64,000 nucleotides of DNA from Eledone cirrhosa. Lineage: Eukaryota. Numbering within the stretch: the first letter of the stretch is position 1; the number at the start of each line of letters is the position of its first letter. The stretch covers positions 288,362,001 to 288,426,000 of the forward strand of contig OZ024742.1 of the NCBI GenBank assembly GCA_964016885.1. The letters are read 5' to 3'. Positions 52,545 through 64,000 of the stretch are shown one piece after another. The notes below the pieces were generated by a model. The model was not told where the DNA came from. It worked only from the letters and a program-made list of their open reading frames with translations, and did not search any database. The position numbers were made by a program, and so were the translations under genes.

Positions 52545-54110
52545 TCATCATCATCATTTTACGTCTGCTTTTCCCTGCTTGCAAGGGTGGGACAGGTCCT
52601 ATTCAGCACAGCATCTCTCCACTTGTCACGCTCCTTCGTCATCTCCACCGTGAGCTTCAGCGATCTGAGGTCTGCTCTCACCACCTCCGTCCATATTTTT
52701 TGTGGTCTTCCTCTACTACGTCTGCATTGTGTACATTTTATAGAATTTATGCCAGTTCTTTTTCTGCATATCTTACATGGCCATTTCCCTGATGGAATCA
52801 GCGTTTTGTCCTCTTTTCTACTCATCAACACTTTTGTCTTAGCTAGGTTCACTATGGAAACAGCAGTTGGAATCAAGAGGACTTGATTCCAACTGCTGTT
52901 TCCATAGCCAGAATTTATTCTCCAGCTCCTCTACTGATACTGCTATAAGAGCCAGATCGTCAGCATAGAGAAGTTCCCATGGACAGCCAGTCTTAAACTC
53001 CTCAGTTATGCCTTGGAGAACTATAATGAATAAGAATGGGCTGAGGACCGAACCCTGATGATCTCCTACTTGTATCTGGTATTCTTCACTAAACTCCATT
53101 CCGACTCTCACTTTACTGATAGCACCCCTGTACATAGCTTGCACTGTCCTCACACCTAGTTTCCTTAGGGACCACCAGATGACAGATCGGGGTACCCTAT
53201 CAAAGGCCTTCTCTAGGTCAACAAAAGCTAAGTATAGTGGCTTATTCTTCTCTAAGAACCTCTCTTGTAATTGTCTCACTAAGAAGAGAGCATCCGTTGT
53301 ACTTTTCCCAGGCACAAAACCAAACTGCATCTCATCTAGTTTGACCCTTTCTCTAATTAGTTGTGCTAATATCCTTTCTGCCACTTTCATGACCTGATCC
53401 ATCAGTTTTATGCCCCTATAATTCCTCCTCTCCAGAGCATCCCCTTTACCTTTGTAGCAATTTATGAGAATACTGCTGCACCAGTCTTTGGGTATGACAC
53501 CGCCATATATAGCCTGATTGATGATGCGTGCATCCAGTTTAGTGCCTACGTCCCCTGAAGCCTTCAGCATCTCAGCAACTATCCTCGACGGCCCAGCAGC
53601 CTTACCATTTTTAATTTCCTTAATCGCCTCTTGGACCCTATATTCGTCAATCTCAATAGCTGGTCCCTCTGTCGGATCTACTGGAGGTAATTTCTCTCAC
53701 TCCCATTTGTTCTCCACATTCATCAGTCTCTCATAATGACATTTCCAAGCCTCCTTTTGCTGATCATTCGTGACACTAAGTACACCGGCATCATTCCGGA
53801 CACATTTATCTCCAACAACGTCCTGATTTGCACTGACACACTGACTTGCAATGTCACACGTCTCTGATCTTCCCGTCGCAGAACATTGGCAAACCTCCTA
53901 CTCTCAGCCTCCCTGCATGCTAAGTACACCTGACGTCTAGCTTCTCTCTTAGCGGCTATGTATCCTTCTCTACTCCCACCATTTAGTCTTTTGTCTCTAA
54001 TGGTTCTATCTGCTCCAGCCTCAAGTTTCTTCAGTAGCCTGCAGTAAGTTGTCACGTAAGAAATTCCAGTTATCATCTATGTCATATGACTCTAAATACA
54101 GTTCTCACTT
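52545..54110 (-). mobile_element. RTE LINE, sister subfamily of A, internally deleted
   Basis: Minus ORF 52839..53570 ([17 protein letters not shown]); finger fused directly to the GRPQKIW C-terminus; (ATC)n tail. Confidence 0.9.
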
Positions 54111-54279
54111 ACCACCCACCCATCCCACCTCCACCACATTCGGTATACATGCCCAACGCTGTATGCTAACCACTCCCTCGTGAATATATCATAGAACAGA
54201 CAAGAGACAGACGGAGGCTTTGTAAGCCATAATGTAGGCAACTCGTCTAGGAGAGCTACCACTCCGAATAAATTGGTGC

Positions 54280-54560
54280 GGGGTAGAGAAGTCCCCTAAG
54301 TCCAGTAAGACAAGTGCTAGTGGCATGAATAAAAGCACCAGTTCATGCTGTAAAAATGGGGGTGGTGGTTAGGGACCCTAAGTCCAGTAAGACGACCTCT
54401 CTAATGCTGGTGGCACGAATAAAAGCACCTAGTCCATGTTGTAAAATGGAGGGGTAGAGAGGCCCCTGAGTCTAGTAAGACATCCTCTCTAGTGCTGGTG
54501 GCACGAATAAAAGCACCCAGTCCATGCTGTAAAGTGGTGCTGGTGTTAGGAAGGGCATCA
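54280..54560 (+). repeat. Three tandem 75-100-bp units of an RTE/SINE tail motif
   Basis: cccctaagtccagtaagac...gtggcacgaataaaagcacc.agtccatgctgtaaa repeated three times. Confidence 0.75.
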
Positions 54561-54614
54561 AACCAGTATATATACTACTGCCAAAAACTATAAGCATATA
54601 TATATTTATATATA

Positions 54615-55492
54615 CAGGGTGTGGACGATATTTGTTCACAAGATTACTGTCTAGGAAAAAATAACACAGTAGTTTTAGTTTTTAAGATTTATTTATCAAA
54701 CTTGGGTCAGTTTGTCTTCATGACTTGCTCTTTCGATCTCACTCGATAAACCCGCCATTGGCTTTGATGACGGCCTCAAGGCGGCCTCGGAACCGGCTAC
54801 AAGCCTTCGTTACTGTCCTCCGACTTAGGCCCCTAGAGGCACTTGTGATCCTGGCCTTCAGATTGTCTTTCGTATTGCGGCTAGATCTGTTGGTGTCTCG
54901 TTCCACTGTGCCCCACACAAAGAAGTCGAGGGGGTTGCAGTCAGGTGAGCTGAGAGGCCAGATGTCAGGTGAAGTGTGGTCGATGAAGTTTTCTGACAGC
55001 CAGGCTTGAGTCTTTCGGGGCTGAGTCTTGCTGCCACACGTACGGCCTACCTGCAGCTACCTGGTCGATCCAGGGCTTTACTACCTCGCTCAGAACGCGG
55101 ATGTAGCCATCGGTGTTCAGCTTGAGGCTCTCAGAGAAGAAGTGAGGTGGCATGACGTCACCTTGACTGCTGACGACACCTAAGACCAATGTTGTTGCTG
55201 GAAACTTTATCTGCATGACTCTGGACACGTCTTTGGATGAGACAGCAAACCACTTGTTGTTCTGGGAGTTGATCTTCTAGTCTTATTTGTCCTCCCGGCG
55301 CGGATTCCAAGAAGAACTCTGTGTCTCTTCCACAAATTTGGAGGTTCAAAATTATTCATAATCAATTATTCTGAAAATAAATAATGGAAATATAGTCACT
55401 GTTTTTATGAAGACAAGAGTGACAACGGAAGTAAAAAAAATTTGCATAAAATTAGCAGTTGAAAATTGCGAACAAATATCGTCCGCACCCTG
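54615..55492 (-). mobile_element. Internally deleted Tc1/mariner (maT/DD37D-like) element
   Basis: TA|cagggtgtggacgatatttgttc ... gaacaaatatcgtccgcaccctg|TA; VWQQDSAP and SPDCNPLDFFVWG remnants. Confidence 0.88.
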
Positions 55493-55561
55493 TATATATA
55501 TCATCATCATCATCATTTAATGTCCATTTTCCACACTAGTATATATATATATATATATATG

Positions 55562-56481
55562 ATGGGTGACAAAATCAGCAGTGGGAGAGGGTGCTCTGAA
55601 AGTACAGTAGCTAGAGTCAGAACGGGATGGAAAAAGTTCAGAGAGCTTATACCACTATTGGCCGCTAAAGGGTTCTCTCTAAAAATGAAAGGCAGGCTGT
55701 ATGATGCCTGCATATGAACAGCAATGTTACATGGCAGTGAGACCTGGGCATTGTGTGCAGAGGATATACGCAGACTGGAGAGAAACGAAGCTTGCATGCT
55801 CCGTTGGATGTGTAATAGTAATATACGTGAACGGCAAAGCATAAACGAACTAAGGGAGAAATTAGGAATAAGAGGGATCAGATGTTGTTTACTCGAGAGA
55901 AGACTACGTTGGTATGGTCACGTGATGCGCATGAAAGATGACAGCTGTATAAAAAAGTGCAGGGCGATAAAAATAGACGGTAGCCACGGAGTAGGCAGAC
56001 CCAGAAAAACCTGGGACGACCTGATAAATTCCGACCTCACACACTTACACCTCTCCAAGACAATGTCACTGGACCGAGATCTTTGGCGCTACACAGTCAT
56101 ACAGAAGACCCGCCTTGCCTAAGTACAAAGCGAAACCTACAGTCAGTAGGCACCCCTAACAAAATACACCCCCACACCACTTAAATGTGAAGTTATGTTG
56201 GTACCACAACATCCAATCCGAAACAAATAAGGTCGTGTAGGTGTCACGACAAAAAAACACACAGTCCACGCTGTAATGTGGCCGTGTAGGTAACACGGGA
56301 AAAACCTCCCAGTCCACACTGTAAACGTGGTTGGTGTTAGGAAAGGCATCCAGCCATAGAAAACCTGCCAGACAGTCCTATACGAGCAGGACAACAAATC
56401 TTGCCTCAAGTGGGAAAATTCCCGTCCAAACCCATGCAAGCGTGGAAGATGGACGTTAAACGATGATGATGATGATGATGA
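55562..56481 (+). mobile_element. RTE LINE family A, young 3' fragment between TA arrays
   Basis: ORFs 55466..55717 and 55724..56122, 3' UTR and (GAT)n tail. Confidence 0.93.
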
Positions 56482-56683
56482 TATATATATATATATATAT
56501 ATACCTGCAGTTTCCATCTACCAAATTTCACTTACAGGGTATTTACACCCACTGTAAGCCAAAGATGCTACACAGTGGATGGGAACCTGAAACCATGTAC
56601 TTGTGAAACAAACTCCTTAACCACACAACCATGCCTGAATCTATGTTCAGATCCACCATTTCCTGTTAATCTGTCTTTTGCAG

Positions 56684-56783
56684 AGACTGCAGCAAGATGC
56701 TTCAACAACGGAACAGTCCCAATGATAAACACAGACCTCATTTTGAAAGTGGAGTCTGCATGGGTGTTGGATCTTTCAATTTG
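56684..56783 (+). CDS. TTC39B: TTC39-like exon
   Basis: ttttgcag|...|gtatg; DCSKMLQQRNSPNDKHRPHFESGVCMGVGSFNL (FE.GV..G.G.FNL motif). Confidence 0.95.
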
Positions 56784-56822
56784 GTATGTCATTATTATTA
56801 TTATTATTGTTGTTGTTGTTGT

Positions 56823-57040
56823 TGTGGATTGGCCATATCGGTAGAGCATAGGACAATATGCTTTATGGCATAGAGTTACAGCCCTTTATGTTCTGACCTA
56901 AAATTCTGCCGAGGTGAGCTTTGTCTTTCATCCTTATAGAGTCGATAAAATAAAGTACCAGCCACGCACCAGGGGGCGATTTAGTCGACTTTCCCTTCCC
57001 CCAAAATTGTTGGCCTTGTGCCTAAATCAGAAATCATTAT
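56823..57040 (+). mobile_element. Meta-domain tRNA SINE
   Basis: Same family core (tttcatcctta..gtcgataaaataaagtacca). Confidence 0.8.
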
Positions 57041-57786
57041 GTTCAAATGTTCAATGATTGGATGAATGAAGAAACTAACCAATCAGAGAATGTTTTATAG
57101 ATAATTTTAGCTTCCAAGGAGTTAGATTTGAGGGAGAGCCATGCTATTTTTAGGATGAAAAGTTTTATAAACTATTATGGGATCTGAGAGTAACAGCAAT
57201 GATAGTTTTGAAGAATTCACTGAAATTGACATAGAGCACAAAAAAGTTATGAGATATATGCGAAAAATGAAGAGAATCTGATTAGATATGTGTTTATACT
57301 TACAGAGAATAATTCTGTTTCATGGTTTTGCTTATATTTTATGACATTAAATTGGTTATTTGATTTGATAAATTGTAAATATAATGAGTTATTTGCAGTA
57401 TCCTTTAAAACATTCTATTTGGATCTTCCTGAAATGTTCATGTATTTATCTTTATTATTTATAAATTAGAGCAATTTCTGTATTATCAATTTTCATTATT
57501 GAGCTTATGGAATTAGTATCAATGGTGCTTAGGGTACTAATTAAATAGGGCTGCCAAGGAGGAAAGAGATAATACAACTATTTTCAGATGATATCTTCAT
57601 TACCAGGTCACCATTCCTTAACACAATTATCACAACAATCACTTCTATTTTCAGATGATATCCAAGTTACTAGGCCACTGGTCATTTACTCAACTATAGT
57701 GACAATCACCTTTCTAGTTTCAGATGATATCTATATGTATGTTCTTTAACACAACCATAATAACAATCCTCTTTCTCTATTTTCAG

Positions 57787-57852
57787 ATGATATCCATGTT
57801 ACCAGGCAAAATCTTACGTCTGCTGGAGTTTGTTGGTTTTACAGGCTACAAG
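57787..57852 (+). CDS. TTC39B: TTC39-like exon
   Basis: tttcag|...|gtagg; MISMLPGKILRLLEFVGFTGYK. Confidence 0.95.
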
Positions 57853-59960
57853 GTAGGAAATGAGAATCACTTTCCTTGTTTTGATTTTGCTTTTTCTTGA
57901 AATTTCTGGTTTCTTAACAGAACTGGATTTATATATGGACTAAGTGAGCTGTAACCCAGGGTTTCATAGTCCAGAGGGTCTTGCCCTGTTATAAATATAT
58001 ATTAAAATACATCCAGGGTATCCCATCCAATTTTAAATATATATTGAAACATATATTAAAATATAGCTATGATGATGATGATAATGATGATGATTTCTTT
58101 TTCTCTGTGTGTCACTTCCGTGTTAGGAGAGGCATAAGTGACTGGGTGAGAGGAGTGATGGAAATAGAGCTAATGAAAGATATTGAGAAGAGAAATGGAG
58201 TGATATGGTTAGGTCATGTGTTGAGAAAGGATATCATTGACTGGTGGGAGGAATAGAGCTAGTATTGAATATTGTGAAGAGAATGATATATATATATATC
58301 ATCATTATCATCATTATCATCATTTAAGATCCATTTTCCATGCTAGCATGGGTTAGATGGATCAAGCTAACTTTGATATGTAAAATTAGGGGGTTTGCTG
58401 TGTATTCTAATTTTTTGTGTGTGAGCCCCCCCCCCCCCCCCCCCCCCCCCCCCACACACACACCTGAGGTGCCCCAGGACCCCATGGTTTTTCCAACCCT
58501 ATCTTAGTTCACTTGAAATTTGAACTGTTAACTGTGCTTATAATTGTATGGGCTATATTTCTACAGGACGGCCCACAGCACACTACTACAACTACTACTG
58601 TTATTTCTACAATGTCAGCTGATGATGATTTACTTGAGAAAAACACAAAAAACATCCAGGTTAGAGTCAGCACCAAACCCTGTAGTAAACCCCAAAGTAA
58701 AACCTTTTTAAAAAACAGTGAAAGTTTATCCCAAGACTGGAGGCCCATCAGATTGGAGCTGATCCCAGTTTCACTTTTGTTAGGTGATTGAAAGTACAAG
58801 ACTCACTCTAGAATGGGATGCCAATCTGTTGCAGCTCTAACCCCTAGCTATTGCTGGTATTTATTTTTGCCAATTGAGTGGGCTGGAACAATAAAGGGAA
58901 CTAAAGTATCTTGCTCAAGGATACAATACCCTGCCCATCTAGGAATCAAAGGCACAACCTTATGATCATAAGCGCAATACTTTAGCCACTATGTCATGCT
59001 TCTTAATCATTATTTACACTTACAGCAGAGTATGAAACGTCACAAACATATTTCAATTGATATTTGAGAATGTTCATGATCACTTTTTTAGGTCATTTAC
59101 TTTCCATGTGAGGCCAGCCTGCAGGGGAAGGGGTATGCTATCTGCAGGTCATACCTCCTGGCAGAAGCATCACCACTTTTCTGGTAACAGGAGATGAGAT
59201 TTGAACTAAGAATGCACAGAGCTGGATCAGATTTTGCAAAGCATACCACTTGGTGTTCTGGTACTTTATTTATCAAACCCAAAAGAATGGAAGGTAAAGT
59301 TTACCTCAGTGAGATTTGTACTCAGAGTGCATGGGGCCAGAACAAATACTGTGACATTTAATCTGATGCTCTAATGACTCTGAAAATTCATAACCTGCAC
59401 TTAATACCCTTTTTTAACTCTTAACATCCTTTATTGATTTAGCAGAAAATATCTAAAAACAAGTTTGTTAATTCAAATATTTATAACATCTTTACTAATA
59501 GACAGATATTTGCGAAAGTTTGCAGTAAACTAGTGTAAAGACTTTAATATTTAATGTGATGCAGTCATAGTGCTGTTTTGTACATTTCAAGAATGTTTTG
59601 CTAATGTGGTTTCATGTGGTGCAGGATACTAAGAGTTAATACTTTATACCCAGAATGCTAGAATTTTTGAATCTCCTCTTCAATCCAGGTTTGTTTTCTC
59701 CATCCAGCCACTATCCTGTATTCAATGAAACTGGCCCTTAACCATGTCAATCACTCCCTGTCCCATTTTAGCACTGTTGTTGTTGTTGTTGTTGTTGTTC
59801 TTCTTCTTCTTCTTCTTCTTCTTCTTCTTCTCTCCCTCCTCCTCTTCCTTCCTCCTTTGTGTAGCACCTTCTACCATATACCACACACCATCATCACCAC
59901 ACCACCCCACCTACCCCACCACCACACTGAAATAATCTGTTTTATCTCCTTCGCCAACAG

Positions 59961-60072
59961 AAAGAAGGTTTGGTTGAACTCGACAAAGGTTGTCAACTCC
60001 ACACCAGTTTGAGAGGTCCACTATGTTCTATCATAGTGATAGCATACCACACTGTGGTCAGTTTTGTTTTAG
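59961..60072 (+). CDS. TTC39B: TTC39-like exon with a GC donor
   Basis: caacag|KEGLVELDKGCQLHTSLRGPLCSIIVIAYHTVVSFVL(G)|gcaagt; phase 1 matches the next exon only with the GC donor. Confidence 0.9.
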
Positions 60073-60229
60073 GCAAGTAACATTATTATTGTTGTTGTTG
60101 TTGTTGTTGTTATGTATAGAAATGAGTAAAGCCTATGAGACCACTGTCTAACTGTCAGGAGTTATGAGGAAGTGAAGAGGCAAGTGAAAATTGTTTGAAA
60201 ATCTCCACTCATAAGTTTGTACTCTAGCA

Positions 60230-60347
60230 CAGTGGTTCCAAACCTTTTTTAGCTCATGGCCCACTTTGAACCTAGAATTTTTTCTGTGGCCCACCTGAAA
60301 TTTGCCACAGCCATTTTAGCCATGTGGCCATAGGTTGGGAAACACTG
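60230..60347. mobile_element. hAT Charlie-type MITE (118 bp)
   Basis: TIR cagtggttccaaacct / aggttgggaaacactg; TSD ctctagca / ccctagca. Confidence 0.85.
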
Positions 60348-61468
60348 CCCTAGCATATGAGCAGACATAACAAAAAAATCACAGTCAGAGGCATAGAAAT
60401 GATATTGACCTCCAGGCATATAATAAGTACCAGAGTAATGAGAAATGATATGTGATCTGTAGGGGTCTGTATGGATTGCAAGTACTCATCACTCCTCAGT
60501 ACCACAAGGCAATTCCAAAACTTTGTCCCAATATGGGTGCAGAGTCAAAAACAATAAGACTGACAGTACAGGGCAGTCCAGTTGTTACACTTGTGGCAGC
60601 AAACTCCACTTGAAAGCCTTCTCTTCTTAGGAGCTGAAAACAAGACCAAATAATGAACAAGTTTCTGGGGTTATTGTTCCTGTAGCACCATCAATCATAC
60701 CACCAGTTCTGTTTCTGAGGATGGGAATATATACATACTTCCTCCTTAGTTCCTGAAATGGACAATACCAAAGTACCTCCTCCCAATCCTAAGATAGGAA
60801 AGATAACCACAGCAGACTCAGTCTCTGAGGTGAAAGATAGTGAAGCTCCTTCTCCTCCCAAGAGTACCATCCCACCCATTGGTAGGGATAAGGATGAAGG
60901 GGAGCTGCAGAAAGTTGGTACACTGTCGTAACAGGGGTAGAAAAGAAATGAAGAAATAGAAATAAAACAAAAAGCAGCTTTGTCAGAAATCTTTAAAAAA
61001 AATTTTTAAAAGCACTAAACACTATAATTAACTTACAGGGAGGGGATGGAGGGTGACCCTAAACTTTTGATGTTTTTTTTAATTATTGTGTGTTTTATAA
61101 ATATTTTATTCTCATTTCATGTTTTATCAAATTTTATCCGTCTATATAAGGTTTGAAAAATATATTGTGGTCTCCATTTCTTGTTGTAAAAACTGGTGAT
61201 GGGCCAGGAACCTGTCCTGGGAGGTATGGGATGGATGCACAAAGATTGCATATCTCAAGACCCCAAAGAGGTTCAGAAGGGAGCAAACCTTTATTGTATA
61301 ATGTCCTTGTTTTATATAACTTAGTTTACCCAGCCCAACATGTATTTTAACCCCTCTGTTCATGTTTTCTGTATTCTATCTGCATGCCCTTATAGCTAAT
61401 AAAGTAATTTTATTGTTGTTGTTGTTGATTATATTATTATTAATATCACTGCACATTTTCTTGATCAG

Positions 61469-61536
61469 GTTTAGGTGATGGTGATGTTGACTATGCTGAT
61501 AAAATATTGAAACCGTGCATCAAAACATATCCCAAG
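61469..61536 (+). CDS. TTC39B: TTC39-like exon
   Basis: gatcag|...|gtaaa; GLGDGDVDYADKILKPCIKTYPK. Confidence 0.92.
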
Positions 61537-62307
61537 GTAAACTATAATATATATATGTATATATAGTTACAGTTTGTTTACAAACCAAAGAATTTAAGGG
61601 TTAAGGCATTTATTAACTGACAATTGTTTCTACCTGGGTTATGCTACATATAGCAAATCATTTTATTTAACAATTTGCCATTAGTGAGTATAGACCATGG
61701 GTGTCATCAGAGTTTAATTAAAATACCAATACAAGTCACTTAAGAAAAAATAGAACAAATAATATATATCACTCATCAAAGTATCACAATAAAACTTTAC
61801 AGTTAGAATACAGTTCAAAGACATTGTAGTCTGAAAAATATATAGTGTTAGTTGTATTTCTTAGAGTGAATTAGAGTTTATAGTTAAACAAATGGTGTTG
61901 TTTGTATTAAAAATTTTCCTAAAATGAATTTGAATATATAAAGTTTCAACAAAGCAATATTCATATTTATCTGATTATATGACTTTTAAAAAATATATTT
62001 ACTGCAAACCTGATGATGATGATGATAAACTCAATTCTTTAATGGAAACATACATTGTAAAAACAGGAAGTGTCACAATGGTTAAGATACAATCATCAAT
62101 ATGTGTACATGTACTCACACACACATACATATACCAATACAAAAGCTGAAATCACAATATAATACAAAGTCATCTTCTTATTGTCTTGTATGTTGCATCT
62201 GAGTATGAGAATTATATGCTTTCACAACCCTCTATACTGTACCATCACCACTTCTGCCACCACCACGACATCAACATTATAGTTCTGTTTTCTATATCTA
62301 TTTGTGA

Positions 62308-62425
62308 AGGCACATGGCTAAGTGGTTAGAGAGTTGGATTCCAAATCGTGAGGTTGTGAGATCGATTCCTGGGCAGGGCAATGCATTATGTCCTTGAGCA
62401 AGACACTTTATTTCATGTTGTTCCT
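62308..62425 (+). mobile_element. CORE-like tRNA SINE head (another copy at about 62793-62905)
   Basis: ggcacatggctaagtggttagag...tcgattcct...ccttgagcaagacacttt. Confidence 0.75.
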
Positions 62426-62598
62426 TTTGCCAGGAGTTGCAACTGGTAGATAGTATTGGCAATTGGAAAGACTAATAGAAACATTGTTTCCTTTGTCCAA
62501 TTTGACAAATTCCAGCCCACACTCGGTAAGGGAGTGAGGTCTGGGACCTTGTCAATTCTAATCATCATCATCATCTATATCTCTACTCTATATTTCAG

Positions 62599-62658
62599 GG
62601 AGCATTGTTCCTTTTTTTCTCCGGTCGTATAGAGGTTGTAAGGGCCAATATTGATGAG
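62599..62658 (+). CDS. TTC39B: TTC39-like exon
   Basis: tttcag|...|gtgag; GALFLFFSGRIEVVRANIDE. Confidence 0.93.
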
Positions 62659-63992
62659 GTGAGTGAACCCATTTTTTTATACATTGGTCACCCTTTATAA
62701 TCTCCTTGTTTTGCTAGGGAGCAAATTGTCAGAGTCATTAAGTGTGTCAGATTAAATGCTTCAGAATTTGTTCCGGCTATCTGAGCTCTGTGAAGATGTA
62801 TGGCTTAGTGGTTAGGGTGTTGAACTCATGATCAAGGTCATTAGTTCAATATTTGCTCTAGGCACTGCATTGTATTTTTGAGCAAGATGCTTCATATTTC
62901 ACATGGCTTTTCATGATAAGATTGGGGCCCCTATCAACAAAGCACCCAAGAAACCTCCTATCAGATACAACCTTACAGAATGTCAGCTGAAACCTAAGCA
63001 GGTATAAGCTGTAAATTTCATTTTTTTTTTTTCTGCTCTCAGTGTTAAAAATTCTGCCATGGTTAAATTTTGCCTTTCATCCTTTTAGCATTAATAAACA
63101 ATAAATGAATGGTAGATTGGTGGAACTTCTCAAATATCAGATGAGATGCTTCGCAATATTTGATCAAACTCTGTAAATTCTGAGTTCAAATTCCACCTCC
63201 TTCTATTAGGAGCTGAGTTATTAGGACTATCTTATTTCAGAAAGTCATTTGCAGTAATTCATCATCATCAACATTTAATGTCAACTTTCCTTACTAGCAA
63301 TGGTTGGACAGGTTGTCACAGACCATGTCAGTACTTAACTAGAGTCATTGATCTCTCAGATAGGCAGGGGCTCACATCACGCTTACATATTTTCTTGCAC
63401 TTTACAGAGAACACTGAGAATTTTATAGTGACACCAGAACTAAGAAGGTTGTCGTTTCTTTGACACAACTAAACATTCTTCTCTCCCCTTTGTTTGACAA
63501 GTTTTCTATGGCTGGATGCTCTTCTTATCGTCAGCAACTTTACTGGGTGCTTTTTACTGTGTCGCCAACAACTGAAGAGTCCTCTCAATGCTTTTTTAGC
63601 ATGGTTTCTACAGCTGGAAGCCCTTCCTTTTATCAACCACCTTACTGTGTACATTTTGTGAGAGACTGGCTCTTGAGAGGTTGTTGTGTGGCTGGATAAA
63701 CTTCCCAACACCCACAACTTTACAGAGTATACTGGGTCTGTTTTATTGTGGCATCAGCATGGGATATCTTAATTTACCTGGAAAGGGAAGAGCCCTGTCG
63801 CGTTTAAATGCCTAAGACAGCACTCCTACGACTCCATTGGGGATATAAATCGTAATTAAGAGAGTTATTAACAGTAATTATTAGGAGTATTTTCATTAAG
63901 ACAGTCATGAGATCTATCTTAATTATGACAGTTATTAGCAGTAATTATTGAGAGTATTTTAATATATTGGATTCAATGGTTTTCTATTTCAG

Positions 63993-64000
63993 GCTGTGGT
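63993..64000 (+). CDS. TTC39B: Start of the next TTC39-like exon (cut by window end)
   Basis: tttctatttcag|gct gtg gt; phase 0, beginning with Ala as expected after NIDE. Only 8 nt visible. Confidence 0.55.

Overview
AT-rich, repeat-dominated eukaryotic (animal) DNA. The repeat set of RTE LINEs with (GAT)n tails, tRNA-derived Meta/CORE-type SINEs and huge (TA)n arrays suggests an octopus or other coleoid cephalopod genome; this is inference. The only supported host gene is a TTC39A/B-like TPR protein on the + strand. I reconstructed nine complete, phase-consistent coding exons (44802-62658) plus the start of a tenth at the window edge. The gene has a GC-AG intron and a tandemly quadruplicated splice acceptor; its 5' exon(s) were not found. 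The rest is mostly transposon: about 12 copies of a PHD-finger-bearing RTE LINE often sitting in TA microsatellites, two other RTE-like LINEs, three Tc1/mariner elements, nested hAT elements, MITEs, a Helitron-like element and a non-coding LTR element with a tRNA-Trp PBS. The most notable unannotated signals are three. (1) Type I hammerhead ribozymes (23305-23347, 35276-35324, 35679-35727) lie in Penelope-like fragments that end in fold-back palindromes against (TA)n. (2) A cluster of about 8 partly related 50-80 nt hairpins in unique sequence (24.0-27.9 kb) mostly folds better on the - strand and lies downstream of an ETS-motif promoter candidate, so it may be a lineage-specific small-RNA cluster. 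(3) A four-level nest of minisatellite, LINE, hAT and hAT sits just before the first recovered TTC39 exon. Most ORF-track entries are microsatellite or antisense artefacts. All coordinates and folds were read by eye.
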